Shown piece by piece: positions 39,799 to 48,206 of a stretch of 64,000 nucleotides of DNA. The stretch's first letter is position 1. Every line of letters starts with the position of its first letter. Below the pieces are notes generated by a model, which saw only the letters and a program-made list of their open reading frames with translations, made no database searches and had not been told where the DNA came from. This stretch comes from an uncultured Armatimonadetes bacterium (lineage in GTDB: Bacteria > Armatimonadota > Hebobacteria > Hebobacterales > Hebobacteraceae). The position numbers were made by a program, and so were the translations under genes. Where the stretch lies: positions 3,833,577-3,897,576 of the forward strand of contig OY969415.1 in assembly GCA_963699135.1 (NCBI GenBank). The letters run 5' to 3'.

Positions 39799-41067
39799 CT
39801 AGAGCTTGAGGCGAAAGATGACGGTCTCGGTCATCTGGAGGAGGATGGCGGCGGCGAGGACGCCGGCGAGGATGACGACGGCGTTTTCGGCGGAGAACCA
39901 CTGGGCCTCCTGGAGGGGCTGGGCATAGGGAACGGCGGCGACGGTGCCGGCGAGGAGGCTGCCCAGGTACTGGTCGAGGTACTGGTAGCCGTCCCGGAGG
40001 GGGGTGATGAGCATGCCGATGATGGCGGCGGCGGCCGGGTAGGCGAGCCAGGAGAGGACGCGGTACTTGAACTTCTGGTGGTCGAGGTAGATGGGGCACT
40101 CGCCGCAGGGAGGTCGGTTGCGACGGACCCGGGAGGGGGCCTTCTTGAGGGGCGCGGGTCGCTTGGCCTGCATCTGCTGAGCCCGAGACTGGACAGTCTG
40201 CATCTCTTCGGCGACCTGGACCTTGGCGCGGGAGCCGACGGTATCGAGCAGCCGGGTAGCAAGCCCCTGGTCGCAGTAGCAGCCGGAGCGGGCCTTCCAG
40301 CAGGATTTCTGCTCGTGGTAGCGGGGACAATGCACCCGGAGACTGCCGCGGCAGAAGTGAAGCTCCCAGCACTTGCGCATGAGGGAGGGCTTGCCGCCGA
40401 TGGGCTCCTCGGACATGTTGGCCATGGCAGAGGCGAAACCGGCGTGGCGGGTGATGGCACCGGTGCGGGGGGCATAGGACACGAGGATGACGCGCCCGAT
40501 GACGGCCCGCAGGAAACCGAGGACCATCATGATGCCGCCGGAGGTCTGGAAGCTGCCGATCATGGAGTAGGAGAGGTCAACCAGGTCCTGGGCGCTGGTG
40601 GCCGGGACGCGGCTGCGGATCACGATTGGGAGAACAAGCCAGCAGGCAACCCCCGCCACGAGCAGCATGAGGCCGGTCGCTTCGGCCCGGTAGTGGCGAA
40701 TGCTTGCCGCGAGCAGACAGAGCCAGAGCCCCCAGAGGAAGACTTGGCTGATGAATCCGACATTGCGCTTGACGCCCTCGAGGGCGGTGCCGGCGATGAT
40801 GGGGGCGGCCAGCCCACCTGACATGAGGATGAACATGAGATAGGTGAGGCTGAGGAGCGCGGCGACGGCGCTAAGGCAGATGCACTGCTCCAGCGCTCTC
40901 TGCCAGGCAGGTCGAACTACCCGTTCGGGCTCGGTGCGGGGCTTCGGTCTACGGCCACCCATCCCGATCGTCTCCCTCGGCGCATCCCGTCTTGAGATGG
41001 CCCACAATCGCAGTATAGCCGAGGCAGAGGCGGCTGACAAGGGCTGGAGGGCGCTGTATCCACCCAA
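39799..41067 (-). CDS. Hypothetical multi-pass membrane protein with a cytoplasmic Cys-rich segment
   Basis: About 8 hydrophobic segments. A central loop reads CWELHFCRGSLRVHCPRYHEQKSCWKARSGCYCDQ...CGECPIYLDH. The start is uncertain (ATG at 41067, or at about 40960). Confidence 0.5.
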   Translation of the reverse strand: MGGYSALQPLSAASASAILRLWAISRRDAPRETIGMGGRRPKPRTEPERVVRPAWQRALEQCICLSAVAALLSLTYLMFILMSGGLAAPIIAGTALEGVKRNVGFISQVFLWGLWLCLLAASIRHYRAEATGLMLLVAGVACWLVLPIVIRSRVPATSAQDLVDLSYSMIGSFQTSGGIMMVLGFLRAVIGRVILVSYAPRTGAITRHAGFASAMANMSEEPIGGKPSLMRKCWELHFCRGSLRVHCPRYHEQKSCWKARSGCYCDQGLATRLLDTVGSRAKVQVAEEMQTVQSRAQQMQAKRPAPLKKAPSRVRRNRPPCGECPIYLDHQKFKYRVLSWLAYPAAAAIIGMLITPLRDGYQYLDQYLGSLLAGTVAAVPYAQPLQEAQWFSAENAVVILAGVLAAAILLQMTETVIFRLKL

Positions 41068-41109
41068 GGAGGGCGGGAGACCGGGCTGCGAATTTCTCCC
41101 AATTCCCCC

Positions 41110-41138
41110 TTGACAGGGCCCTGGGGGGTCGCTATACT
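41110..41138 (+). promoter_or_regulatory. Consensus sigma-70-type promoter TTGACA-17 bp-TATACT
   Basis: -35 box TTGACA at 41110..41115, a 17-bp spacer, and -10 box TATACT at 41133..41138. Confidence 0.6.
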
Positions 41139-41144
41139 CCGTGC

Positions 41145-41262
41145 AACAAACCGCATATGACCCCTGGTGGCGGGTCTACATAAGTGACAGGCTAACCCCA
41201 CCCCAAACCCCACCCCACCACGAGGCGGCAGACTCCCCCGGTCTGCCGCCTCACCTTTTTTT
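41145..41262 (+). ncRNA. Candidate small RNA of about 118 nt with a C-rich motif (CCCCACCCCAAACCCCACCCCACCAC), between the consensus promoter and a strong intrinsic terminator
   Basis: No plausible ORF. The promoter lies directly upstream. The 3' end is formed by a 12-bp GC stem plus a T7 tract. The C-rich stretch is complementary to G-rich Shine-Dalgarno-like sequences. Confidence 0.45.
41222..41262 (+). terminator. Rho-independent terminator
   Basis: GAGGCGGCAGAC-TCCCCCG-GTCTGCCGCCTC (a perfect 12-bp stem), then ACC TTTTTTT. Confidence 0.75.
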
Positions 41263-41269
41263 GGGGGGG

Positions 41270-41413
41270 GGGGGCGGCATTCGCCGCAAAGGCGCAGAGG
41301 GCGCAGAGAACGGCGAAGGCGTGATCCTTCGCTGCGCTCAGGATGACAGCAACGGCGGAACGGCGACGACGAGATTGCCACGGGGCGGCGACGGCCGCCC
41401 CTCGCAATGACAG
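41270..41413. repeat. Composite repeat (module C, TGATCC/CAGGATGACAGCAACGGC module, family A)
   Basis: GCGCAGAGGGCGCAGAG ... GTGATCCTTCGCTGCGCTCAGGATGACAGCAACGGCGGAACGGCGACGAC GAGATTGCCACGGGGCGGCGACGGCCGCCCCTCGCAATGACAG. Confidence 0.8.
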
Positions 41414-41541
41414 TAAGGTGGGCCAGTTGCGTGACTGGCTTGACAGTGTCGTCGGTGATTGGTAGGGTCAGCAGAAGCGCTGATGGCGGCGCGGGACGAG
41501 GGGGGGGACGCAAGAATTAGCCGAATCGGAGGGAAGTAGCT

Positions 41542-41707
41542 GTGTCAAAGTGGCAATGCACCGCCTGTCCTTACGTCTATGACCCCACGGTGGGGGATCC
41601 GGAGAACGGGGTGGCGCCCGGGACGGCATTTGAGGAACATCCCGGACGACTGGACGTGCCCGGTGTGCGGGGTGTCGAAGGACCTGTTCGAGGAGGTCGT
41701 GGAGTAG
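41542..41707 (+). CDS. Rubredoxin, interrupted by a 1-nt indel near 41636
   Basis: [32 protein letters not shown], then a frame change. The +1 frame continues ...[21 protein letters not shown], giving the second CxxC. The indel sits in a C-run. Confidence 0.7.
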
Positions 41708-41742
41708 TCGGGAACCACGCGGAAAGCTGAGGTGTAGGGATA

Positions 41743-42768
41743 GTGCGAGCGGTTTTGCAGCATGGGATTCGGGATGTGCGCACGGGGGAGATGGCGGACC
41801 CGAAGCCGGGGCCTGGGGAGGCGTTGCTGCGCACCCGGGCGGTGACGATCTGCGGGTCGGATATCCACGCCTGGGCGGAGGGGGCGGTGGGCGGGGTGAA
41901 GTGGGACATCCCCTTCGTGCCCGGCCATGAGGCGTCGGCGGTGGTGGAAGACCCGAACGGGTCCGGCCTGAAACGCGGCCAGCCGGTGGTGGTAGACCCG
42001 GCGGCCTCCTGCGGCGAGTGCGATATGTGCCGGATGGGAGACTTCCATCTCTGCCGGAAGGTCAGATTCCTGGATCTACCGCCGATACACGGAGCGATGA
42101 GGGAGCTGTTCGCCTGGCCCACGTTCCGAGTCTTCCCGCTTCCCGAGGCGATGGACCCGGTGGAGGCGCCGCTGCTGGAGCCGCTGTCGGTGGCGGTGCA
42201 TGCGGTGGAACTCACCCTGAACCTGGAGGGGGCGACGGTGGCGGTGGTCGGGTGTGGCGCGGTGGGGCTGCTGACGCTGCAGGCGGCGCGTCTGAAGGGT
42301 GTGAAGAGGGTGATCGCGGCGGACCTGATCCCGGAGAGGCTGGCGCTGGCGAGCAAGCTCGGCGCGGATGAGGTGATCCGGGCGGACCAGGTGGCGACGG
42401 CGGAGGAACTGATGAAGGCGACGGGCGGCCGGGGGGTTGACGTCTCCTTCGAGGCAGCGGGGCCGCCGGAGGCGCTGCGAGTCTGCATCGAGGCGACGCG
42501 GCCGAAGGGTCATGTCACGGTGATCGGGGTGCCCTCGGAGGACGACTACCTGCTGCCAGCGCAACCGCTGCGGCGGCACGAGTTGACGCTGCAGTTCGTG
42601 AGGCGACAGAACGAGAACTTCCCGGAGTCGATCGCGCTGGCGGGGGAGGGGCGAGTGAAGCTGAGCCCACTGCTCACGCACCGGTTCCCGATGGAGCGGG
42701 CGCGAGAGGCGTTCGAACTCGCTGAGCGAAAAGGGGACGGAGCGGTTCGGGTCGCGGTCACGTTCTGA
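41743..42768 (+). CDS. Zinc-dependent alcohol/polyol dehydrogenase (MDR family, sorbitol/threonine dehydrogenase-like)
   Basis: CGSDIH...GHEASAVV (catalytic Zn), CGECDMCRMGDFHLC (structural Zn), and VVGCGAVG (NAD Rossmann). Confidence 0.85.
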   Translation: MRAVLQHGIRDVRTGEMADPKPGPGEALLRTRAVTICGSDIHAWAEGAVGGVKWDIPFVPGHEASAVVEDPNGSGLKRGQPVVVDPAASCGECDMCRMGDFHLCRKVRFLDLPPIHGAMRELFAWPTFRVFPLPEAMDPVEAPLLEPLSVAVHAVELTLNLEGATVAVVGCGAVGLLTLQAARLKGVKRVIAADLIPERLALASKLGADEVIRADQVATAEELMKATGGRGVDVSFEAAGPPEALRVCIEATRPKGHVTVIGVPSEDDYLLPAQPLRRHELTLQFVRRQNENFPESIALAGEGRVKLSPLLTHRFPMERAREAFELAERKGDGAVRVAVTF

Positions 42769-42808
42769 CGCGAGCATCTACCCAGCGACCCCGCCGCGGG
42801 GGAGGGAG

Positions 42809-44495
42809 ATGTCGCGCCGCAGGTTCTCACTGGGTATCGACTTCGGGACGGAGAGCGGCCGGGCGCTGCTCGTCGATGTCGCGCACGGGCGAGGAGGTCG
42901 CCACCTGAGGTCTACCCGTATGCCGACGGCGTGATCGACCGCACGCTGCCCGAACGGCGCAGCCGCTGCCGCCGGACTGGGCGCTGCAGAACCCCGCGCG
43001 ACTACCTCGAAACCCTCCGCCAGCACCATTCCCGCGGTGCTGAAGTCCTCGGGGATCTCCCCCGACGATGTGATCGGCATTGGCATCGACTTCACGGCCT
43101 GCACCATGCTCCCCACGGATGCCAGCGGCACGCCGCTCTGCCTGAGGCCGGAATGGCGCAAGCAACCCGCACGCCTGGGTGAAGCTGTGGAAGCACCACG
43201 CGGCCCAGCCGGAGGCGGACAGGATCAACGCCATCGCCCAACAGCGCGGCGAGACCTGGCCTCAGCGGTATGGCGGCAAGTACTCCTCCGAGTGGTTCTT
43301 CTCCAAGGTGCTGGCAGATCCTGGACGAGGCGCCGGAGGTGTACGCGGCGGCCGACCGGCTGCTGGAGGCGGCCGACTGGTCGGTGTGGCAGCTCACCGG
43401 CCGGGAGACGCGCAACCTGCCGCCGGCGGGCTACAAGGCGATGTGGGAGAAGCAGCGCCGGGTTCGTGAGCAACGAGTTCCTGGCAGCGCTTGGACCCGC
43501 GGCTGGAGCGGCGTCGTGGACGAGAAGATGCTGCGCGACGGTCTCGCGCGCTGGGCAGAAGCGCGGGCGGCCTGACGGAGGAGATGGCAAAGCTGACCGG
43601 GCTGCGGGCGGGCACTCCGGTGGCGGTCGCGCAACGTGGACGCGCACGCCGCGGTGCCCGCGGCCGGGATTCGCGAGCCTGGCAAGATGCTGATGATCAT
43701 GGGCACATCCATCTGCCACATGCTGCTGGGCACGGAGCAGCAAGCCGGTCGCCGGGATGTGCGGGGTGGTGGAGGACGGGATTCTGCCCGGGCTTCTTCG
43801 GCTACGAGGCGGGGCAGTCGGGCGCGGGGGACATCCTCGCCTGGTTCGTGCGGACCTTCGCGCCGCCAGACGGGAGCCGCGACCCGCATGAGGCGCTGGA
43901 GCGCGAAGGCGGCCAAGCTCGCAGCCGGGCGAGTCGGGCCTGCTCGCCCTGGACTGGTGGAACGGCAACCGCTCGGTGTTGGTGGACACGCACCTGTCGC
44001 GGGCTGCTGCTGGGGGCGACACTGGACACGACGCCGGTCGAGATCTACCGAGCGCCGATCGAGTCCATCGCCTTCGGCACCCGCGACCATCATCGAGAAC
44101 TTCGAGCAGTACGGCATCGCGGTGAATGAGCTGTACGCCTGCGGGGGGATGCCGGAGAAGAACACGCTGCTGATGCAGATCTTCGCCGACGTGACGGGGC
44201 GGTCGATCAAGCTCGCCCGCTCGTCGCAGACGTCGGCGCTGGGGGCGGCGATGTTCGGGGCGGTGGTGGCGGGAGGCGAAGGCCGGCGGGTACGCAAGCA
44301 TCTACGATGCCATCGCGCAGATGGGCGGGCGTGAGGGATACGGTCTACACGCCGAAGGCGGAGAACCACGCGAGTTACGGGGAGCTGTTCAAGGAGTACG
44401 TGCAGCTCCACGATCACTTCGGGCGCGGGGGCAATGAGGTGATGAAGCGGCTGCGGGCGACGAAGGCGCGAGCAGCGGAATCGCCAGGCCTAATG
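42809..44495 (+). pseudogene. araB: L-ribulokinase (araB-like, FGGY kinase) disrupted by many frameshifts
   Basis: MSRRRFSLGIDFGTESGRALLVDVAHG... Typical FGGY/ribulokinase segments ([85 protein letters not shown]) are spread over at least 6 different reading frames. Confidence 0.7.
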
Positions 44496-44516
44496 GGTAG
44501 AGACAGGAGAAATAGG

Positions 44517-45931
44517 ATGAAGAAGGTGAAGATCGGGTTCATCCCCTCGCACCGGATGCCGTTCGGCGAGCAAGTGGGCGGTGGAGATGCGGGCGCGCTG
44601 TCTGAAGGCGATGAAGAAGGTCCCCGGGGCGGAGATCGTCGTGCCCGACGACAAGCTCACGTTCAAGGGCGTGGTGCGCAACCTGGAGGACGCGAAGAAG
44701 ACGCTGGCAGCTCTTCCAGGAGCAAGGACGTGACGGGCGTGATCGTGGGCGGGATGACCTTCGGGCAGGAGGTCTCGGCGGTCGGCGTGATCATCGCGGG
44801 GCTGCCGAAGGGCGACGCCGGTGCTGCACTTCGCCACGAAGGGGCAGGTGGACCCGGACGGGACGCGCCCTTCCGACTCGTGGTGCGGGCAGTTCATGAT
44901 CGCATCGGCGATGAAGCGGCGAGAGATCCCGTTCGAGCACATCCCGACCTGCTTCCCGGAGGAGCCGGTGTTCGAGCAGGCGGTGTCGCGCTTCACGCGC
45001 GCCTGCGCGGCGCACGAAGGTGTTCCGCGGCAGCGCGCATCGGGCAGCTCGGCGTGCGACCGGAGGAGTTCGAGTCGGTGTGGTGGGACGAGGCGTCGCT
45101 GCAGCGCGACTTCAACCAGACGGTGGTCCCGATCGACCTGGCCGACATCTTCATGCGCCTGGACGAGGTGCGGCGCGAACGACGCCGAGGTGAAGAAGGT
45201 CGCGCGGAAGATCATCGGCCGGGGCCAAGATCGCCGGCGGAGGCGAAGGAGTTCGTGACGCACGCTCGCCCGGATGGAAGTGGCGATGCTGCGCCTGGCG
45301 CAGGAGAAAGAACCTGGACGCGCTGGCGGTGAACTGCTGGGAGCAGGTCCAGAAGCGCTATGGCATCTGCGTCTGCTCGGTGCTGGGCCGGCTGACCGAT
45401 CAGGGCCTGCCTGTGCGCGTGCGAGGTGGACGTCTACGGCGCGGCGACACATGCTGGCCGCGTTCGGCGCGAGCCTGGGCAAGACGCCGCCGCACTTCAT
45501 CGACTGGACCGAACTGCACCCGACGAAGGAGAACGTGTGGCTGGCCTGGCACTGCGGCAATGCCCCGCCGAGCCTCGTGCGCGCAGGCGACTGCGACGTC
45601 GTGCATCAGCAGCACAGCATCATCCCGCGCCGGCCGGCCTGGGGGACGCGCGAGTTCCGGCTGAAGACCGGCCCGGTGACCTGCTGCCGACTGGTGGAGT
45701 ACGATGGCGTGGTTCACGATGTTCATCGGCAGCGGCGAGGTCGTGGACATGACGCCCAACGTCCGCGGGTCGTACGGCTGGGTGAAGGTGAAGGACGTGA
45801 TGGATTGGGAGCAGAAGATGGTCGAGCACGGGATCATCCATCACGGGGTGCTGATCCACGACCCGGAGGTGGCGGACGCGCTGGAGAGTTTCTGCAAGTT
45901 CAATGGAATCGATGTGGTGAGGGGGGCGTAG
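44517..45931 (+). pseudogene. L-arabinose/L-fucose isomerase-family protein (COG2407-type) disrupted by many frameshifts
   Basis: MKKVKIGFIPSHRMPFGEQ..., ...MTFGQEVSAVGVIIAGLPK, ...WCGQFMIASAMKRREIPFEHIPTCFPEEPVFEQAVSRFTRACAAHEG..., ...RVVRLVEYDGVVH..., ...GSGEVVDMTPNVRGSYGWVKVKDVMDWEQKMVEHGIIHHGVLIHDPEVADALESFCKFNGIDVVRGA. The segments are distributed over several frames. RBS GGAGAAATAGG. Confidence 0.65.
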
Positions 45932-45955
45932 GAGTACGGCAGTACGGCTAGCACT

Positions 45956-46065
45956 GACTGCCCGGCACAATTGTGCCGGGCAGAAGCCCGCTGGGGGACG
46001 ACTGGCCGTTCGTCCCCCAGACCCCCTCCCCGCCTTCTGGCGTTCTGACGATAGCGCGGGGTGGC
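45956..46065. repeat. Repeat family B, + orientation
   Basis: TGCCCGGCACAATTGTGCCGGGCAGAAGCCCGCTGGGGGACGACTGGCCGTTCGTCCCCCAGACCCCCTCCCCGCCTTCTGGCGT...GGGTGGCAGCGACAGG. Confidence 0.8.
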
Positions 46066-46128
46066 AGCGACAGGCCCTGCTTGTTGGCGGCCGGTTGGTG
46101 TGCTAGACTCAGGGTGAGGGAAGCGACC

Positions 46129-46488
46129 ATGGGACTGACACATGTTGACATGGAGATCGCGAACCCGGCGGACCCGAAGTCGAGGGCTACGGTTCGGCTG
46201 TTAGTGGATTCTGGGGCAACGCTGTCCGTGGTGTCGGGCACGCTCCTGCGCCGGCTCGGGATTCGCCTCCACTCGAAGCGCAGTTCCATCCTGGCAAACG
46301 GGGAGAAGATAGAGCGCCAGATCGGAAACGCTGACTTCCTGTTCCAGGGGCAGCACGGGGCCTCGCCGGTGATCTTTGGGAAAGCCGGCGATAGCGATCT
46401 GCTGGGGGTGGTCACGCTGGAGGCGCTTGGGTTCATCCTCGATCCGCTGCGTAGGGAGCTGCGGCCGCTGCCGATGATGTTGGCGTGA
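46129..46488 (+). CDS. Retropepsin-like aspartic protease (clan AA, bacterial single-domain form)
   Basis: 120 aa. RLLVDSGATLSVV carries the catalytic D-S/T-G-A motif, and GVVTLEALGFILD is the flap/dimerisation region. RBS AGGGTGAGGGAAG. Confidence 0.65.
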   Translation: MGLTHVDMEIANPADPKSRATVRLLVDSGATLSVVSGTLLRRLGIRLHSKRSSILANGEKIERQIGNADFLFQGQHGASPVIFGKAGDSDLLGVVTLEALGFILDPLRRELRPLPMMLA

Positions 46489-46555
46489 GGCCCTCAAGGA
46501 TCAGTCACGCTCTCGACCTGTTCTGGCTTCCAGCGATGTGGTAAACTCCGATAGC

Positions 46556-46632
46556 GCGCCCGTAGCTCAGCTGGATAGAGCACCAGACTTCGGATCTGGG
46601 TGTCGGGGGTTCGAATCCCTCCGGGCGCGCCA
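46556..46632 (+). tRNA. tRNA-Arg (anticodon TCG), CCA encoded
   Basis: GCGCCCG TA GCTC AGCTGGATA GAGC A CCAGA CTTCGGA TCTGG GTGTC GGGGG TTCGAAT CCCTC CGGGCGC G CCA. All stems pair. Confidence 0.85.
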
Positions 46633-46639
46633 GGGGAAC

Positions 46640-46800
46640 CCATGGCACAATCTCGACTGTCGGCGATCTCCTCGCGCTCTGGCCAAGGGAAGAGGTGATC
46701 GATCCGGAGTCGCATCACCCCAACACGCAGATGCCGGCGCAGGCGATGCCGAAGAGGCAATTGGATGCGTTAGCGGATTATCTGGAGGGGCTGAAGTGGG
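46640..46800 (+). other. Possible 3' remnant of a c-type cytochrome gene directly after tRNA-Arg
   Basis: Frame 3 reads ...TVGDLLALWPREEVIDPESHHPNTQMPAQAMPKRQLDALADYLEGLKW and then runs into repeat DNA. It resembles cytochrome c C-terminal tails. There is no start codon and no CxxCH motif. Confidence 0.25.
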
Positions 46801-46810
46801 GGGACGCCGA

Positions 46811-47044
46811 CGGCGGGAACGGCAACGGCAGTAACCGCAGATTGCGCAGATGACGCAGATTGGCGCCCGCCTAACGGCGGGCGGAACGGCAACGACGTGA
46901 TCCTTCGCTGCGCTCAGGATGACAGCAACGGCACACGGCCCCACCCCTGCTGCGCAGGGGTAGGCTACTGGCTGAGGATGACAGTAGTGGGGGCGAACAC
47001 CGAGATTGCCACGGGGCAGCGACGCGGTCGCTGCCCCTCGCAAT
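46811..47044. repeat. Composite repeat (modules D, TGATCC/CAGGATGACAGCAACGGC, E and family A); left copy of a direct-repeat pair flanking 47135..47407
   Basis: GGAACGGCAACGGCAGTAACCGCAGATTGCGCAGATGACGCAGATTGGCGCCCGCCTAACGGCGGGCG...GTGATCCTTCGCTGCGCTCAGGATGACAGCAACGGC...GGCCCCACCCCTGCTGCGCAGGGGTAGGCTACTGGC...GAGATTGCCACGGGGCAGCGACGCGGTCGCTGCCCCTCGCAATGACAG. Confidence 0.8.
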
Positions 47045-47134
47045 GACAGCAGGAGAGCTACTTGCGCGGGACGACGTTGCTGGTGACGGGTGGGCCGCCG
47101 AAACGCGAAGGGATTCCACGCAGGGAGGACTTGA

Positions 47135-47407
47135 ATGACGGCACGGAAGAGCTTCACCGCGGACGAGGCGAAGGCGATCGGCGAGCAGCTCGGGATCGAT
47201 TGGGGCAAGTTCAATGTCGAGGAGTTCCGGATGGGGATGGACGTGGAGCTGGAGCATGGGCTGCGCGATCCACAGACGAATGTGACGAATGATGATCCGC
47301 TGATGACGGGGAGGATTGCGCTGGCGCACCTGAATGAGTTCCCGGATTACTATCAGCGGCTGGAGGGGATGGAGAAGGTGGCGGAGGCGTACTGGGAGGG
47401 GAAGTAG
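47135..47407 (+). CDS. Small conserved hypothetical protein (90 aa) carried between two composite direct repeats
   Basis: MTARKSFTADEAKAIGEQLGIDWGKFNVEEFRMGMDVELEHG... RBS CAGGGAGGAC. Confidence 0.6.
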   Translation: MTARKSFTADEAKAIGEQLGIDWGKFNVEEFRMGMDVELEHGLRDPQTNVTNDDPLMTGRIALAHLNEFPDYYQRLEGMEKVAEAYWEGK

Positions 47408-47454
47408 AGGGGATGATTAGCCGCCGATGAACGCCGATGGACGCAGATGAGGGG

Positions 47455-47625
47455 AGGCCGCCTTCGGCGGAGGAACGGCAGCGACAGTAACCGCAGATTG
47501 CGCAGATTACGCAGATGCAGCGGGCGAACGGATGCCCGCCGCGGGAAGGCGTGATCCCTCGGCTTCGCCTCAGGATGACAGCAACGGCCCCACCCCTGCT
47601 GCGCAGGGGTAGGCTACTGGCGCTA
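47455..47625. repeat. Composite repeat (modules D, TGATCC/CAGGATGACAGCAACGGC, E); right copy of the direct-repeat pair
   Basis: GGAACGGCAGCGACAGTAACCGCAGATTGCGCAGATTACGCAGATGCAGCGGGCG...GTGATCCCTCGGCTTCGCCTCAGGATGACAGCAACGGCCCCACCCCTGCTGCGCAGGGGTAGGCTACTGGC. It ends at the stop codon of the metallopeptidase gene. Confidence 0.8.
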
Positions 47626-47994
47626 GCAGCCGAGTTCGCGGAGGCGTTGGTCGGAGATGCCGAAGTGGTGGGCGATTTCGTGGAGGACGGTGTGGCGGAC
47701 CTGGGTGATGATGTCGGCGGGGGTGCGGGTCACTTGCTCGATGGGGCCCTGGAAGATGGTGATGCGGGCGGGGAAGAGGGGGGAGCCCCAGGCGGAACGC
47801 TGGGTGAGGGGGACGCCGTGGTAGAGCCCCAGCAGCAGATGGCCGGGCGGTAGTTCACGCTCGCCCAGGTGCTCGGCAGTTGGGTGGTTCTCGACGATGA
47901 CCTCGACGTTCTCGAGCTTCTCCCGGAAGTCAGGTGGCAGACCCTCTAGGGCCTCGGTGACAAGTCGCTCGAACTCGGCGCGGGGGATTCGCAT
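47623..47994 (-). CDS. Zincin-like metallopeptidase family protein (Zn-dependent protease, HExxH)
   Basis: MRIPRAEFERLVTEALEGLP...VRHTVLHEIAHHFG (HEIAH is a zinc-binding motif). Confidence 0.7.
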   Translation of the reverse strand: MRIPRAEFERLVTEALEGLPPDFREKLENVEVIVENHPTAEHLGERELPPGHLLLGLYHGVPLTQRSAWGSPLFPARITIFQGPIEQVTRTPADIITQVRHTVLHEIAHHFGISDQRLRELGC

Positions 47995-48014
47995 GGGGGG
48001 ATTATAGCATGGGA

Positions 48015-48185
48015 GGGTCCTGAGGCGCAGAGGACGGCGGGACGGCTGCACTTATTGCCCGGCACAATTGTGCCGGGCAGAAGTCCGCTGGGGGACGACT
48101 GGCCGTTCGTCCCCCAGACCCCCTCGCCGGCTTCTGGCCTCCTGGCGAAAGCGCGGGGTGGCAGCGGAGTATGGAGGGGAGCCGA
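48015..48185. repeat. Composite repeat (module C + family B), + orientation
   Basis: GAGGCGCAGAGGACGGCGGGACGGCTGCACTTATTGCCCGGCACAATTGTGCCGGGCAGAAGTCCGCTGGGGGACGACTGGCCGTTCGTCCCCC.... Confidence 0.8.
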
Positions 48186-48206
48186 ATAGGCTCCCCTCCG
48201 CGATAC

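Noticed and set aside
46129-47625. Integrative element at tRNA-Arg
   Set aside because: No integrase/recombinase gene and no obvious duplicated tRNA 3' end within the window. Kept only as a low-confidence rearrangement remark.
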